A stretch of DNA of 64,000 nucleotides from Armatimonadota bacterium (GCA_039680575.1 JBDKSP010000020.1:9238-73237); one strand, 5' to 3'. Positions 1 through 10,320 are shown, counted from the first letter of the stretch. Made by a program: numbers and translations. The notes: generated from the letters alone by a model not told the origin.

Positions 1-123
1 GGCAGGCATATAACCATAGGTTAGTATGGATCTTCCGCCTGAGGATCACAGAGTTGCCCGCCGGCTATATACCTTTATCGACTTCTATCGAGTAAGCTCG
101 ATGTGCTGTTTGAAAAGAGCTGG

Positions 124-340
124 GCAAGAGTTCAGAGTTGATGAGTATAACATCATGCTGAACGAACACAACGTCATGCTGAGCTTGACTCAGCATCCAG
201 GAAAAAAATGGACCCTGAATCAAGTTCAGGGTGACGTGCTTCTATCCATGATGACGTGCTGGTTGTTCAGGGTGACGTGCTGGTTGTTAAGGGTGACGTG
301 CTTCCATCCATGATGACGTGTTGGTTATTCAGGTTGATGT
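124..340 (+). repeat. Family A double-hairpin miniature repeat, copy 1, with a tandem tail of six 20-21 bp units
   Basis: gcaagagttcagagttgatgag...gtcatgctgagcttgactcagcatccagg...gaccctgaatcaagttcagggtgacg recurs at 3568, 44827, 54625(-) and 63833; tgacgtg anchor at 232, 252, 273, 294, 314 and (degenerate) 335. Confidence 0.9.
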
Positions 341-463
341 ACAATCTCTCATTATGAGTGAATTCTTACAGAATTCTTACAGAGTTGGTTTGACCCGTAT
401 GTTGCGTCTGAGTATAATTAACAGGTCGATCTATAAGTCTAAAATGGAAAGGCGAGGGTAAAT

Positions 464-1288
464 ATGCGTCACACAGGGTTAGTTATTCTGGCAGTATTAT
501 GTCTTGTCTCGTATGCAGCGGCTGAGGAGCCTGCGCAGCCTGTACAGCCGGCGCCCAGGACAGCCAATCTTACGCCCGTAATGAAAGCCGGAGAACAGCT
601 TCGTTACAAGGTAAAAGTCAAGGCGACAGGCAGCACGATGTTAGCCAATTCATCGAAACCCGTATCGATAGATACGGTAGTGGACCTGGTGATTTCCGTT
701 AGTGTTGGTGAATTAGCTTCCGACGGTTCGACACAGGTAAGCATAGCCGCTCAGGACGCCTCCGCTGTTATCGACGGGCAGAGGCTGGTGCTTCCCACGA
801 GCATCTTTCCCAAAACTACAGCGCTTATAGACAAAAATGGCGAGATTAAGCAGCTTTTGACATCCGATTCCGGCGAAGTCAAGATGCCGGGGATTAATTC
901 GAAAAATCTGATACTTCTCTTCCGTCCTAACGCACCTGCCGGAGATGTAAGTGTAGGATCGACATGGAAGAAGACGATATCACTTCCACCGGAGCCGGAA
1001 AAATACGGTTTTGTGTGCAAGTTCGAGTCAATTGAAAACATAAATGGAAAAGACACCGCAAAGGTGAGGACAGACCTTACCGTTTTGCCGCCTTCTGGAG
1101 CAGATTACAGCTCAAAGGGGTTTGTTGTCACGAATTACTCCCTCGACGGATGCAAGCTGATGAAATCGCACGCGGAGATGACCGTCAAGATGAATAACAA
1201 CGGATACCAGAAGGATACTCCGGAAAAGGTGGAAGCAAATATCGGAATGGATGTAGAGCCTTTGACAGCCGATTCACCAGCCAAATAG
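464..1288 (+). CDS. Hypothetical exported protein
   Basis: 274 aa ORF, N-terminal signal peptide (...SYAAA-EE), purine-rich RBS. Confidence 0.75.
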   Translation: MRHTGLVILAVLCLVSYAAAEEPAQPVQPAPRTANLTPVMKAGEQLRYKVKVKATGSTMLANSSKPVSIDTVVDLVISVSVGELASDGSTQVSIAAQDASAVIDGQRLVLPTSIFPKTTALIDKNGEIKQLLTSDSGEVKMPGINSKNLILLFRPNAPAGDVSVGSTWKKTISLPPEPEKYGFVCKFESIENINGKDTAKVRTDLTVLPPSGADYSSKGFVVTNYSLDGCKLMKSHAEMTVKMNNNGYQKDTPEKVEANIGMDVEPLTADSPAK

Positions 1289-1309
1289 CGGGCGATCAAG
1301 GATAAATCC

Positions 1310-2041
1310 GTGCTTCTTTTAGTTGGGATCGTTGCGGCGCTGGTCGTTTTGCTGCTCACAGTCAAGTGGTGGACGGACGGACTCATAAGTGGCATCGAGT
1401 TCTTCCTGTTGACCGCGGTCTACGGAGGTCTGGGCTTCGGCCTTTTTGCGCTGATCAGCAGAAGTGAATTCGGCGCCGCTGTATTCGTATTGATAGCGAT
1501 CATGGCATCAGTAGGATGGGCTCTCTACTGCAATCAAAAACTTGGGATAAAGCAGTATTACCGTGATAAGATCAAGGAATACGAAAGAGCAATTCAATCT
1601 GACCCAAGGAACACCGCCGCAAGGAGTCTTCTTGCCGAGGCTTACTATATGCTTGGGGATTTGGACCAGGCGATTGCCGCGATGGAATTGGCTGTTCAAA
1701 TGTCTCCGAACTCCATGAAGGAAAGCCATACATTGCACCAGTGGCGAAGCGAGAGGGACTTAAGAGACTGCAAGACGGTCATTTGCCAGGTGTGTCATTC
1801 GGCTAATCTATGGGGAGCAGTGTCATGCAGGGCATGCCAGCAGCCGATCATCTACTCTAAAGCCGGTAGACCATCGTGTATGGGTTGGGCGGCGAAGCAT
1901 TTCTGGCGTATAGCGCTTGGACTCTGCTGGATGGTTGTTACTATTGTGTCTTTTGCAGTGATGAGCCCAATGCTCGGAGCTGTAGTCTCAGGGTGTGGCG
2001 CGCTTGCAGTCGTCGGAATAATGCTTTTGTCGTCCGCATAG
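1310..2041 (+). CDS. Membrane protein with TPR repeat and zinc-ribbon (CQVC...CRAC)
   Basis: Hydrophobic termini, TPR-like YERAIQSDPRNTAARSLLAEAYY, two CxxC pairs. Confidence 0.7.
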   Translation: MLLLVGIVAALVVLLLTVKWWTDGLISGIEFFLLTAVYGGLGFGLFALISRSEFGAAVFVLIAIMASVGWALYCNQKLGIKQYYRDKIKEYERAIQSDPRNTAARSLLAEAYYMLGDLDQAIAAMELAVQMSPNSMKESHTLHQWRSERDLRDCKTVICQVCHSANLWGAVSCRACQQPIIYSKAGRPSCMGWAAKHFWRIALGLCWMVVTIVSFAVMSPMLGAVVSGCGALAVVGIMLLSSA

Positions 2042-2060
2042 TAATGGAAGTATAAACTCG

Positions 2061-2756
2061 ATGAATGAGGTATCGGAACCGAAAAGGAAAAACCGTGGAA
2101 GGTTTGTCACCCTGACCGTGGCGATCACGGGCGGTGCGCTGGTCGCGGCGCTTCTCAGCTTCAACCAGGCGGCGAAAGGGTACGAATACTACCTCGTAGG
2201 CAACCTGATCGCCCTTTTCTTCATTCCGATGCTTGCCATAATGCTTCTTCTCGGTGAAGAGCCTGCAGACTTCGGGTTCCGGCTTGGGGAATCCAGGCGG
2301 GTACGTTGGATAACGGCGATCATGTTCGCGGGGTTGCTGGGGCTGTTTTTTGTATACGCAAAACGGCCTGAATTTCAGCAGTATTATCCGATATTCAAGG
2401 GATACCAGTTTGTCCCATTCAGAGGCGATAATATCTTCCTGGAGACGGACCCTGCATCGCTCATATATGCCTGGGTGAGCTACGGGCTGTATATGTTCTG
2501 CTGGGAGTTCTTCTTCCGGGGGTATCTTCTATTCGGTCTTGCAAGGACGATCAACTGGGCAGCCGTAATAGTCCAGGCGCTGGCGTTCATGCTGCTTCAC
2601 TGGGGGAAACCGATGCCGGAGTTTATCGCATCGCTTCCCGCCGGTATTATCCTGGGGATGCTTGCACTTAAGGCAAAGTCGTTCGTCCCCTGTTTCGCTC
2701 TTCACTGGTCCGCGGCGGTTGCGTTCGACATAATAGTCCTTCTTTTCCGTCCGTAA
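2061..2756 (+). CDS. CPBP (Abi/CAAX type II) intramembrane protease
   Basis: WEFFFRG, FMLLH and ALHW motifs, multiple TM segments. Confidence 0.85.
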   Translation: MNEVSEPKRKNRGRFVTLTVAITGGALVAALLSFNQAAKGYEYYLVGNLIALFFIPMLAIMLLLGEEPADFGFRLGESRRVRWITAIMFAGLLGLFFVYAKRPEFQQYYPIFKGYQFVPFRGDNIFLETDPASLIYAWVSYGLYMFCWEFFFRGYLLFGLARTINWAAVIVQALAFMLLHWGKPMPEFIASLPAGIILGMLALKAKSFVPCFALHWSAAVAFDIIVLLFRP

Positions 2757-2762
2757 GAAACC

Positions 2763-2806
2763 GGCCCCGGATCGACTGGCATCGTCCGGGGCCTTGTCTT
2801 CCTTTT
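2763..2806. terminator. Hairpin terminator between convergent genes
   Basis: ggccccgga...tccggggcc followed by a pyrimidine/T-rich tract. Confidence 0.6.
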
Positions 2807-2820
2807 CTCCTTACTCGTGT

Positions 2821-3330
2821 TTACAGTGGCAGGTCTTGGATATTATTATCTCCCGAAGGAATGACGACCGGGATGCCGTCTGTATCGACCTGGCTGATCC
2901 CGGTTATGACTATCCTTCCGGTTTGATTGGACGCTATGGAAGGGGAACTCAGGAAGTCTGTGGCCACCCGGCAGTAGAGCCTTCTGCCGACGTATTTACC
3001 ATCCGTACCTGTTTCAAGGATATTCGATCCATCCGATATCCATATCAAGCCATTAGCATCCGTGGTTATCTCTCCTGCAAGCTTGATCGTCCTACCGACG
3101 GTGGAAGGGCCTTGGTAGAGAGATTTGATCGTGAGGTAGACGGTGTTTTCGGGGTCTTTGGCAACGACAAGAACGCTCTTGAGGTTGCTTGACTGCTGAG
3201 GCATGGCATTCCCTGCAGAGTCGTAGTAGCTGACGCTGGCGGACACGGTTACGATTGTGCCCGGCGCTGTCTCCGCGTAGGAGACGGCGGTAAGGCAGAC
3301 CAGCGCCATAATAACAAGTAGGATTCGCAT
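2821..3330 (-). CDS. Hypothetical exported protein
   Basis: 169 aa, signal peptide, strong RBS aaggaggg. Confidence 0.75.
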   Translation of the reverse strand: MRILLVIMALVCLTAVSYAETAPGTIVTVSASVSYYDSAGNAMPQQSSNLKSVLVVAKDPENTVYLTIKSLYQGPSTVGRTIKLAGEITTDANGLIWISDGSNILETGTDGKYVGRRLYCRVATDFLSSPSIASNQTGRIVITGISQVDTDGIPVVIPSGDNNIQDLPL

Positions 3331-3567
3331 TTCACCCTCCTTGGTTCACTAACCGCATGCCTCAGTAAAGCGTGAATCATGCGGACTACATCCGAAACAG
3401 CCTCAATAGTATACTAGCAAAAGCTGAACAGTAATGCAAGTATTTGTCGAGCAAAATATACAAAATTTGCACATTAGTCGCGCTAATATAGCAAGCGGGC
3501 AGTGTGAAATGTCATAAGAGGGCGGTCAATCGATGCAAATCAATTGGGGCAAAGCTGCTGCAGGTTA

Positions 3568-3741
3568 GCAAGAGTTCAGAGTTGATGAGTATAGCATCAG
3601 CTGAACGAACACTACGTCATGCTGAGCTTGACTCAGCATCCAGGAAGAAAATGGACCCTGAATCTATGGATTATCGGCTATAGCCGAAAATCTTCCGGGG
3701 AGAGTTTCAGGGTGACGTGCTTGTCGTTTAGGGTGACGTCT
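3568..3741 (+). repeat. Family A repeat copy 2, carrying a family D segment in its second hairpin
   Basis: Near-identical to 124-240 except for tatggattatcggctatagccgaaaatcttccggggag at about 3665-3702. Confidence 0.9.
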
Positions 3742-3824
3742 TTATTGATAGCTGACGGCTGAATGTTGACTGCTCTCTGTTCAGGATGATATATAATTCT
3801 TGCAAGAATGAACTCTTACGCAGG

Positions 3825-4070
3825 TTATTTTTGCTCTGTGTCAGCCGCTGTTTCGATTTCGTGAACAGCTTTGGCAGCGTTGCTGATCTCAAGGTCCATT
3901 TCATCCAGCATCGATTGAACATCATCGATATATTTGGAAGCGGAGTCGATATTCTTGGAAGATCTTATACAGTAAAGCCCCATAGATATTCCTGTCAGGA
4001 GACCGGAAGCGCGGTGCAGGTTCGACGAAACCTGTATCAACTTATTTGCGAGAAGCGGTAGTTCGGACAT
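3825..4070 (-). CDS. Small hypothetical helical protein
   Basis: 81 aa ORF with gagg RBS, downstream of the M16 peptidase. Confidence 0.5.
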   Translation of the reverse strand: MSELPLLANKLIQVSSNLHRASGLLTGISMGLYCIRSSKNIDSASKYIDDVQSMLDEMDLEISNAAKAVHEIETAADTEQK

Positions 4071-4123
4071 TGATAAACCTCGAAAAGGGAAATAGTGGTC
4101 GATTAACTTAATCCTTGATTATG

Positions 4124-6688
4124 TCATTCCGTCTTTGTTCCCCGGACAGCGCCCAGGCAGTATCTGGACGGGTTGAAATAGCGTATACTTGTGTTCAATA
4201 TATCCTCCGGCGTAACACGGCTGATACCGGCCAGATAATTGCTGGTCCCATCAATCCCGAGGCCATAAATTTCGTTTGCGGCTCGTTCTCTCGCGCGAGC
4301 GACGGATGTTTGCATTGAAATCAGTTTCACACCTTTCATATAGCTCTTGGCATTGGCGATTTCATCAGGATCAGCGGGTTCGGTCTTCAGCTTTTGAAAT
4401 TCGGAAAAAACAGCTTCTCTGGCGAGTATCTCATTATCCGGCGAAGTAGCCGTGTAGATGATAAATATCCCCCCGGCAGCTCCCGAATGACTGGCGGCGG
4501 ATACGACATAAGCGAGGCCGAGCCGCCCCCTGACCTCCGCGAAGAGCCTGCCGCCGAGCCCTGAACAGAGCGCTGCGATGACATCGAGTGAATACCTCGC
4601 GGGATCGGTTGTGGTGACTCCAGGGAAACCGAGCGCAACGGCTGTCTGAGCACGGTCTCTTTCGGCCGCGAGTTCCTTTATCTCGTTTGGGAAGACCGTA
4701 AGCGCCGGTCCGCAGCCGGGATGACGTTCGCCAAGGCGCTGGAACAGGTTTTCCACTGCTTTTGCAGCGCTGTCTATATGGATATTGCCGACAATGGACA
4801 CAACGGCGATAGCTGGGACACAGATCGATTTGTGCCACTCAGCGACCTGCTCTCTCGTGAGCCCGGCGATAGTATTATCCCTGCCGTAATCAGGAAGGCC
4901 GTACGGATGATTCGGGAAAGCTACTTCGGCCAGAAGGTCGGACGCATATCCGAAAGAGGAGTCCTGGAGCCTGCGTATGTCAGCTCTAAGAGCTTCTTTC
5001 TCTTTGTCTACCTCTTCTTCGTGGAAGGCCGGATCGGCGATGACATCCGACAGCAATTCGAACCCTTCTTCGAAGTTCTTCGAAAGCACCCTCAGACTGT
5101 AACCGCAGAAATCGGAGCTGTTGGTGATGCTGATAAACGTTCCTAGATTCTCTATCCGTTGTGCGAGTTCTTCAGATGAATACCGGGAGGTGCCTTTGAG
5201 GGAGGCTCTGAGCGCCAGCTCGGTTATGCCAGCGTTTTCCGGGTTTTCGCAAGACCTTCCGCCTTTGAAGTACACGACTACACCGACAACGGGGTTGTTT
5301 TGATCGACTTCCGCGATAAGAGTTGCCCCGCTTGGCAGGATAGCTTTTGTGATATTGCCGTCAGCGGAAACCGCGGTAAGCGGGAGTGTCCCGGGCACAT
5401 GCAGGACGGCATGAGATGATTTTTCTTCAAGTTCCTCTGTGGTGTATTCCGGCAGCTCGACGCTTTCAGGCATGTATTCGAGAATGGTAGCGCGGTCTAT
5501 GGTCAAATATTTCGCGGCAACCCTTGCTACATCGATGGCATCGACTTTTCTCAATCGGTCCACAAATTCATCCGACATTCGCCAGTCACCAAGCGCTTCG
5601 AAGTAAGCCAGACGGTTAGCCCGACCGAGAACCTGTTCCTGTTCGAAGAACAAATCGCTCTCGATGATATTTTTTATCTTTTCGAGTTCTACTCTTCTGA
5701 TAGGTTCTTTCTTTAGCTTCTCTATTTCCTCGAAGAATGAGACGGCCAACCGGCTTGGGTCATCCGTAAGGAGTTCGGATGATACCGTAACGACCCCTAT
5801 GTCCTTATATGCGCTGTAGAATGAACCGATGCTGCTGACGATCTGCTTCTGCTCCATAATCGACTGGTAAAGCCTGGAGCTTCTTCCTTCACCGAGAATA
5901 TCTATAGCCACCGAAAGCGGATAATAGTCGCTATCGAGTATTTTGGGGGCTTGAAACCCGATCTGGACGAGTTTTTGCTTTATATCACCCTTGAGGCGCA
6001 GGTATTTGAGCTTGGTCTGCTCGTATTCTTCCGGTGACGGGTTCTCGACTGAGTTTCTCATCGGGATTTCCGAGTACAGCTTATCTATCAACTGCAGCGC
6101 CGCTCCTGACTCAACTCCGCCGACGACCGAGATAATGATATTACCGGGCGTATACCTCTCCCGGTGATAACGTAGAAGATCGTCCCTGGTCATATTTCTG
6201 AGCTGGTCAGGGTAGCCGATCCGCCAGCGGCGTATCCTGTGCCTGTCGAATGCCCGTTCCCACATTTTTTCAAGTGAGAATGCGGACGGATTGTCGCGTT
6301 TTTGTTTGGCTTCCTGGATTACGACTTCGATCTCTTTCGAGAGTTCATCAGGATCGATTAGGAGATCAGATAAAGCGTCGAACTGTATGTCGAGTGTCTG
6401 CTCGAAATTCTCTGCCGGGGCAGTGACATAGAAAGTGGTAGACTCGTATCCTGTACCGGCGTTCAGCACCCCGCCCAGGGCTTTCGTCTCACGTGCTATG
6501 TCCTCCGGTCCCGGCCTGCGGCTAGTTCCCTTGAAGAACATGTGCTCGAAGACATGAGAGATGCCCATTTGGTCATCCGGTTCATTGAAGTATCCGGTGT
6601 TCACATGGGTCACTATGGCGACTACGGGGCTCCCCGGGCGCTCTTCGATAAGAATGGTTAGTCCATTGTCAAGAACCTGCTTAACCAC
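4124..6688 (-). CDS. M16 (pitrilysin/insulinase) zinc peptidase, two-module form
   Basis: HVFEH (HxxEH) in the N-terminal module; second module lacks the zinc motif. Confidence 0.92.
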   Translation of the reverse strand: MVKQVLDNGLTILIEERPGSPVVAIVTHVNTGYFNEPDDQMGISHVFEHMFFKGTSRRPGPEDIARETKALGGVLNAGTGYESTTFYVTAPAENFEQTLDIQFDALSDLLIDPDELSKEIEVVIQEAKQKRDNPSAFSLEKMWERAFDRHRIRRWRIGYPDQLRNMTRDDLLRYHRERYTPGNIIISVVGGVESGAALQLIDKLYSEIPMRNSVENPSPEEYEQTKLKYLRLKGDIKQKLVQIGFQAPKILDSDYYPLSVAIDILGEGRSSRLYQSIMEQKQIVSSIGSFYSAYKDIGVVTVSSELLTDDPSRLAVSFFEEIEKLKKEPIRRVELEKIKNIIESDLFFEQEQVLGRANRLAYFEALGDWRMSDEFVDRLRKVDAIDVARVAAKYLTIDRATILEYMPESVELPEYTTEELEEKSSHAVLHVPGTLPLTAVSADGNITKAILPSGATLIAEVDQNNPVVGVVVYFKGGRSCENPENAGITELALRASLKGTSRYSSEELAQRIENLGTFISITNSSDFCGYSLRVLSKNFEEGFELLSDVIADPAFHEEEVDKEKEALRADIRRLQDSSFGYASDLLAEVAFPNHPYGLPDYGRDNTIAGLTREQVAEWHKSICVPAIAVVSIVGNIHIDSAAKAVENLFQRLGERHPGCGPALTVFPNEIKELAAERDRAQTAVALGFPGVTTTDPARYSLDVIAALCSGLGGRLFAEVRGRLGLAYVVSAASHSGAAGGIFIIYTATSPDNEILAREAVFSEFQKLKTEPADPDEIANAKSYMKGVKLISMQTSVARARERAANEIYGLGIDGTSNYLAGISRVTPEDILNTSIRYFNPSRYCLGAVRGTKTE

Positions 6689-6761
6689 TGCTTGCCTCCA
6701 GAGTTTTTATGAGTTTGTTATACCCGGTCTAAACGAGTCGTAAAGAAAAATATGATAATCA

Positions 6762-7778
6762 CTATTTAATCCCGCAGAGCTTTTTATAGATGGAGAATAT
6801 TTTCTTTATATAAGTCTGGGTTTCGCGGTAGGGAGGGACTCCGCCGTATTTTCTGACGGCTCCCGGACCTGCGTTGTAGCTTGCGAGCGCAAGCGCCAGA
6901 TGGTTCCAGGTGAGTTCCGTCCAACTGGCGTTCCCGGAAAGCCTGTCCAGATGTCCCCGGATCAGTTTTATGCTTCCGGCGATATTTTCTACCGGGTCAT
7001 AAGCATTGGATACGCCCAGTCCGGCAGCGGTTCCCGGCATCAATTGCCCCAATCCCTTAGCGCCTTTGGGTGACGTTGCGGATGGGTTGAAATGTGATTC
7101 AGCGAGTATTACTGCTACGACAAGCCGAGGATCGACCTCATACTTTATGCTGAAGCCAAGTATGCTCTGCGCGATGGTATCGGCTTCTGAGTCGGAAAGC
7201 CTGCGGTTGAACGACTTGATGGCATTCTTGTAAGCCGTAACGATGTCCGTCGACACCGGGGTCTTGGTTTGGGCGGCGCGAGCGGTCTGTCTCTTCGCGC
7301 GGTCTGATTTCTGCTGTGCTCGTTTTGCTGCGAGCCGGGCTTTTTTGTCTTGTTCGGCCAGGAGAGCTTTTTCCTCCCGCTCCGAGACTTCGTTATAAGG
7401 GGCAAACGCGACCAGCCGCAGGTCTGAAAGGCTAAATGTGCTTCTTTCCCCGACTCGGACAAGCAGGCATATTTTGCTGCCAGGAGATATTTCGGGGGTG
7501 TCATTGCATGTGACCACGTAGGACCCGCCGTCACATTCGATTATGAGAAATGTGTTGTTATCACTGCTGTTTGCTGTGCCTGAGAGGGTCCCTCTCAGCT
7601 CAAAGACTTTGCCTTGATAGGCCTGCGGATCGGCTTTGACACGGGAAATCGGAAGTCCGAGAGCTTGATGTTCTCGCCGCAGCGAGAAGTATTTGTCCAG
7701 CGAGGCGTCTGCCACTGCACGAGGCGCGAACGAGACAACCACAAGCGACGCGAGAGCCATCCATAACCCGGGTCTCAA
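6762..7778 (-). CDS. Lytic transglycosylase (SLT domain), exported
   Basis: AESHFNPSATSPKGAKGLGQLMP, YNAGPG and PPYRETQTY motifs; signal peptide. Confidence 0.9.
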   Translation of the reverse strand: MRPGLWMALASLVVVSFAPRAVADASLDKYFSLRREHQALGLPISRVKADPQAYQGKVFELRGTLSGTANSSDNNTFLIIECDGGSYVVTCNDTPEISPGSKICLLVRVGERSTFSLSDLRLVAFAPYNEVSEREEKALLAEQDKKARLAAKRAQQKSDRAKRQTARAAQTKTPVSTDIVTAYKNAIKSFNRRLSDSEADTIAQSILGFSIKYEVDPRLVVAVILAESHFNPSATSPKGAKGLGQLMPGTAAGLGVSNAYDPVENIAGSIKLIRGHLDRLSGNASWTELTWNHLALALASYNAGPGAVRKYGGVPPYRETQTYIKKIFSIYKKLCGIK

Positions 7779-7905
7779 AAGTCTGCTCTTCCTTTCACCT
7801 ACGGAGTTTTGGCAGTTGATATAATGATTAATAAATATCGTTTCAGCCGAAACTCTTTATACGGCAAAGCCCCGCAATCTGTAATAGATCCGGGGCTCCT
7901 GCAAG

Positions 7906-7999
7906 TGGCGGAGAGACCGGGATTCGAACCCGGGGTAGGGCTATATGACCCTACAACCGCTTAGCAGGCGGTCGCTTTCGACCACTCAGCCATCTCTCC
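7906..7999 (-). tRNA. tRNA-Ser (GCT)
   Basis: ggagagatggctgagtggtcgaaagcgaccgcctGCTaagcggttgtagggtcatatagccctaccccgggttcgaatcccggtctctccgCCA; long variable arm, encoded CCA. Confidence 0.96.
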
Positions 8000-8134
8000 A
8001 TTACTACCGAATTCTACCATATACGGTTCATGAAACGCAACCATGAATTTTGGTATTATTGTAGATATTATATATCTCCTCCATCCGCTAAATCCGCGAA
8101 ATTTGCGGGAAACGACGGATAGAGAATGTAGATA

Positions 8135-8165
8135 GAAAAGCGGCGTCAAGCCGCCGCACTCCAAA
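8135..8165. repeat. Single REP-like palindrome
   Basis: aaaagcggcgtcaagccgccgcactccaaa; one copy in window. Confidence 0.45.
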
Positions 8166-8241
8166 TCAGCTATTGTCACTATGCTCGCACGGAGTTAAAA
8201 TAACTAAAATGTTAAGTCGGCTTGATACGGAGGACAGGCAC

Positions 8242-9087
8242 ATGCGTTATAGAAAAGCGTTAATCTTATTACTCCTGTTGTTGTGTATACCTGCTATTGC
8301 GAATGACAACGGGTTCATGTTCATTCAGATAGCTGATCCCCAGTTGGGATTCTCGGAGAAAGATAAGAACGTGACCCAGGAAGTAAAAAACTTCGAGAAG
8401 GCTGTAAAGCATATAAACCAGCTTCAGCCGGCTTTTGTGGTTATATCAGGTGATCTGGTAAATCGCAAGCATGACGCAGAACAAATCAATGCTTTCTGGA
8501 AAGTAGCAAAGAAGATCCGACCGGAAATACCGCTGTTTCTTGTTTCCGGTAACCACGACCTGGCTCCGGCTACGGAAAGTGATGTGCAGTCTTACAGAAA
8601 GATGTTCGGAACGGATTACTATTCATTCACGTATGGGGGTTCCACTTTTCTAGTGCTCGATTCCTCTGTGATCCATTATACCGAGGGCGATCAGGTGATA
8701 CGAAAAGCCCAGCGGGGATGGTTCGAGAGCCAACTGGCGGAGGCTAGAAAGAACAACGCCGACCATATTTTCGTTCTGACCCATCATCCATGGTTTATAA
8801 ATAATCCCGACGAGGTTGATGCCAATGACAACATACCGCTGGCCGAGCGCAAGGATTATCTGTCATTGATGAGTACCTATGGAGTCGATTATGCCTTAGC
8901 TGGGCACCTGCATATGGAAGTGTTTGGGCAGTATGGCAAGTTATCACTGATTACTACCGGCCCGTTAAGCAAATCGTTCACAAGGACACCTGTGGGTTTT
9001 CGCGTGTTCAAAGTTTACAAGGACAAAGTCGAGCATGAATACTATCCGCTGGACAAGGTCCCTGAGCATATTGAAGTAAATAAATAG
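8242..9087 (+). CDS. Exported calcineurin-like metallophosphoesterase (CPPED1-like)
   Basis: ADPQ, GDLV, GNHD, THHP and GHLH motifs; start chosen at ATG after ggagg. Confidence 0.88.
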   Translation: MRYRKALILLLLLLCIPAIANDNGFMFIQIADPQLGFSEKDKNVTQEVKNFEKAVKHINQLQPAFVVISGDLVNRKHDAEQINAFWKVAKKIRPEIPLFLVSGNHDLAPATESDVQSYRKMFGTDYYSFTYGGSTFLVLDSSVIHYTEGDQVIRKAQRGWFESQLAEARKNNADHIFVLTHHPWFINNPDEVDANDNIPLAERKDYLSLMSTYGVDYALAGHLHMEVFGQYGKLSLITTGPLSKSFTRTPVGFRVFKVYKDKVEHEYYPLDKVPEHIEVNK

Positions 9088-9113
9088 AAAAGGGTTTAGT
9101 TTAGGAGTTTTAT

Positions 9114-10274
9114 ATGAGTAACAAAGTTCGCTTGGGAATCATCGGAGTAGGCGGCATGGGGAGCGGACATGCCGAGTATATCAAAAACGGCAGGATCAAA
9201 GGCTGCGAGCTTACAGCCGTGTGCGATATCGCGCCGGAAAAACTCAAGAGATTCTCAGCATTGAAAACGTATACGGATAGCAGAGAGATTATTCGCTCCG
9301 GTGAAGTCGATGCGGTCATCATAGCGACCCCGCACTATTTCCACACCACGATTGGGATAGACGCGCTCGAGCAGGGGCTTCATGTTCTTGTGGAGAAGCC
9401 GATTTCCGTCCACAAGGCCGACTGTGAGCGCCTTATAGCAGCTCACAAGAACAAAGACCAGGTCTTCTCCGCGATGTTCAACCAGAGGACGGACCCGCAC
9501 TATCAGAAGTTAAAGGCTCTGATCGAAAACGGTGAACTTGGAGAGCTCACCCGCGTAAATTGGGTCATTACGGACTGGTTCAGGACGGAAAGCTATTATG
9601 CGAGCGGCGGTTGGAGAGCTACCTGGAAAGGTGAGGGCGGCGGTGTGCTTACGAATCAGTGTCCGCACCAGCTCGACCTGATGCAGTGGCTTTTCGGAAT
9701 GCCGAGCAAAGTCCGAGCCTTCTGTAAGTTCGGCGCGAATCACAACATAGAGGTTGAGGACCAGGTAACCGCGTATCTCGAATATCCGAACGGAGCAACC
9801 GGCGTTTTCATAACGACTACTGGCGAGGCTCCCGGCGTAAACAGGCTGGAAGTCTGCGGTGAGAGAGGCAGAGTCACAATTGATGGGTCGAATATACGCT
9901 TCATCAGAAACGAGGTCCCCACAACCGAGTTCAGCAGGACGACAAATCAGGCGTTCGCGACGCCGCCGGTCTGGCGGATAGAAATTCCTGTATCGGGACA
10001 CGGCGAGCAGCACCCCGCGATTACGCAGAATTTCGTAAATGCGATTCTTAATGGAACGCCGCTTCTGGCTCCGGCTGAGGAAGGTATCAAGTCCGTCGAA
10101 CTGGCAAACGCGATGCTCTACTCGACACTTACGAATTCCACGGTCGAGATGCCGCTGGATGGAGCCGCTTACGAGAAAGAGCTCAAGAAGCTCATCGAGA
10201 GATCCACGTTCGAAAAGAAAACCGCTGACGATAGCAAGGTCTTGGACCTTTCGGGGTCAGTTAAGCAGTCATAA
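9114..10274 (+). CDS. Gfo/Idh/MocA family oxidoreductase
   Basis: GIIGVGGMG Rossmann fold, VEKP, GGGVLTNQCPHQLD. Confidence 0.92.
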   Translation: MSNKVRLGIIGVGGMGSGHAEYIKNGRIKGCELTAVCDIAPEKLKRFSALKTYTDSREIIRSGEVDAVIIATPHYFHTTIGIDALEQGLHVLVEKPISVHKADCERLIAAHKNKDQVFSAMFNQRTDPHYQKLKALIENGELGELTRVNWVITDWFRTESYYASGGWRATWKGEGGGVLTNQCPHQLDLMQWLFGMPSKVRAFCKFGANHNIEVEDQVTAYLEYPNGATGVFITTTGEAPGVNRLEVCGERGRVTIDGSNIRFIRNEVPTTEFSRTTNQAFATPPVWRIEIPVSGHGEQHPAITQNFVNAILNGTPLLAPAEEGIKSVELANAMLYSTLTNSTVEMPLDGAAYEKELKKLIERSTFEKKTADDSKVLDLSGSVKQS

Positions 10275-10287
10275 GCAACTTGTAATC

Positions 10288-10320
10288 GTGCTTCGGGACC
10301 GCAGTTCGTCCCGAAGCACG
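10288..10320. repeat. Family B REP-like palindrome (target family of the IS110)
   Basis: cgtgcttcgggac-cgcagttc-gtcccgaagcacg; related copies near 42920, 43148, 52203/53369, 53595, 54800 and 58939. Confidence 0.9.

Noticed and set aside
26..313. 95-aa ORF (and similar short ORFs over other repeats, e.g. 54436-54744 and 58807-59046)
   Set aside because: Translation of repeat DNA; the same peptide (QHPGxKWTL) appears wherever family A occurs
225..340. Tandem 20-21 bp units as a CRISPR array
   Set aside because: No unique spacers, period too short, no cas genes
3345..3410. Hairpin ccgcatg/catgcgg upstream of the 2821-3330 gene as a riboswitch
   Set aside because: No match to riboswitch consensus motifs I can recognise
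7906..7999. tRNA as an integration site for an island
   Set aside because: No integrase and no duplicated tRNA 3' end seen in the window
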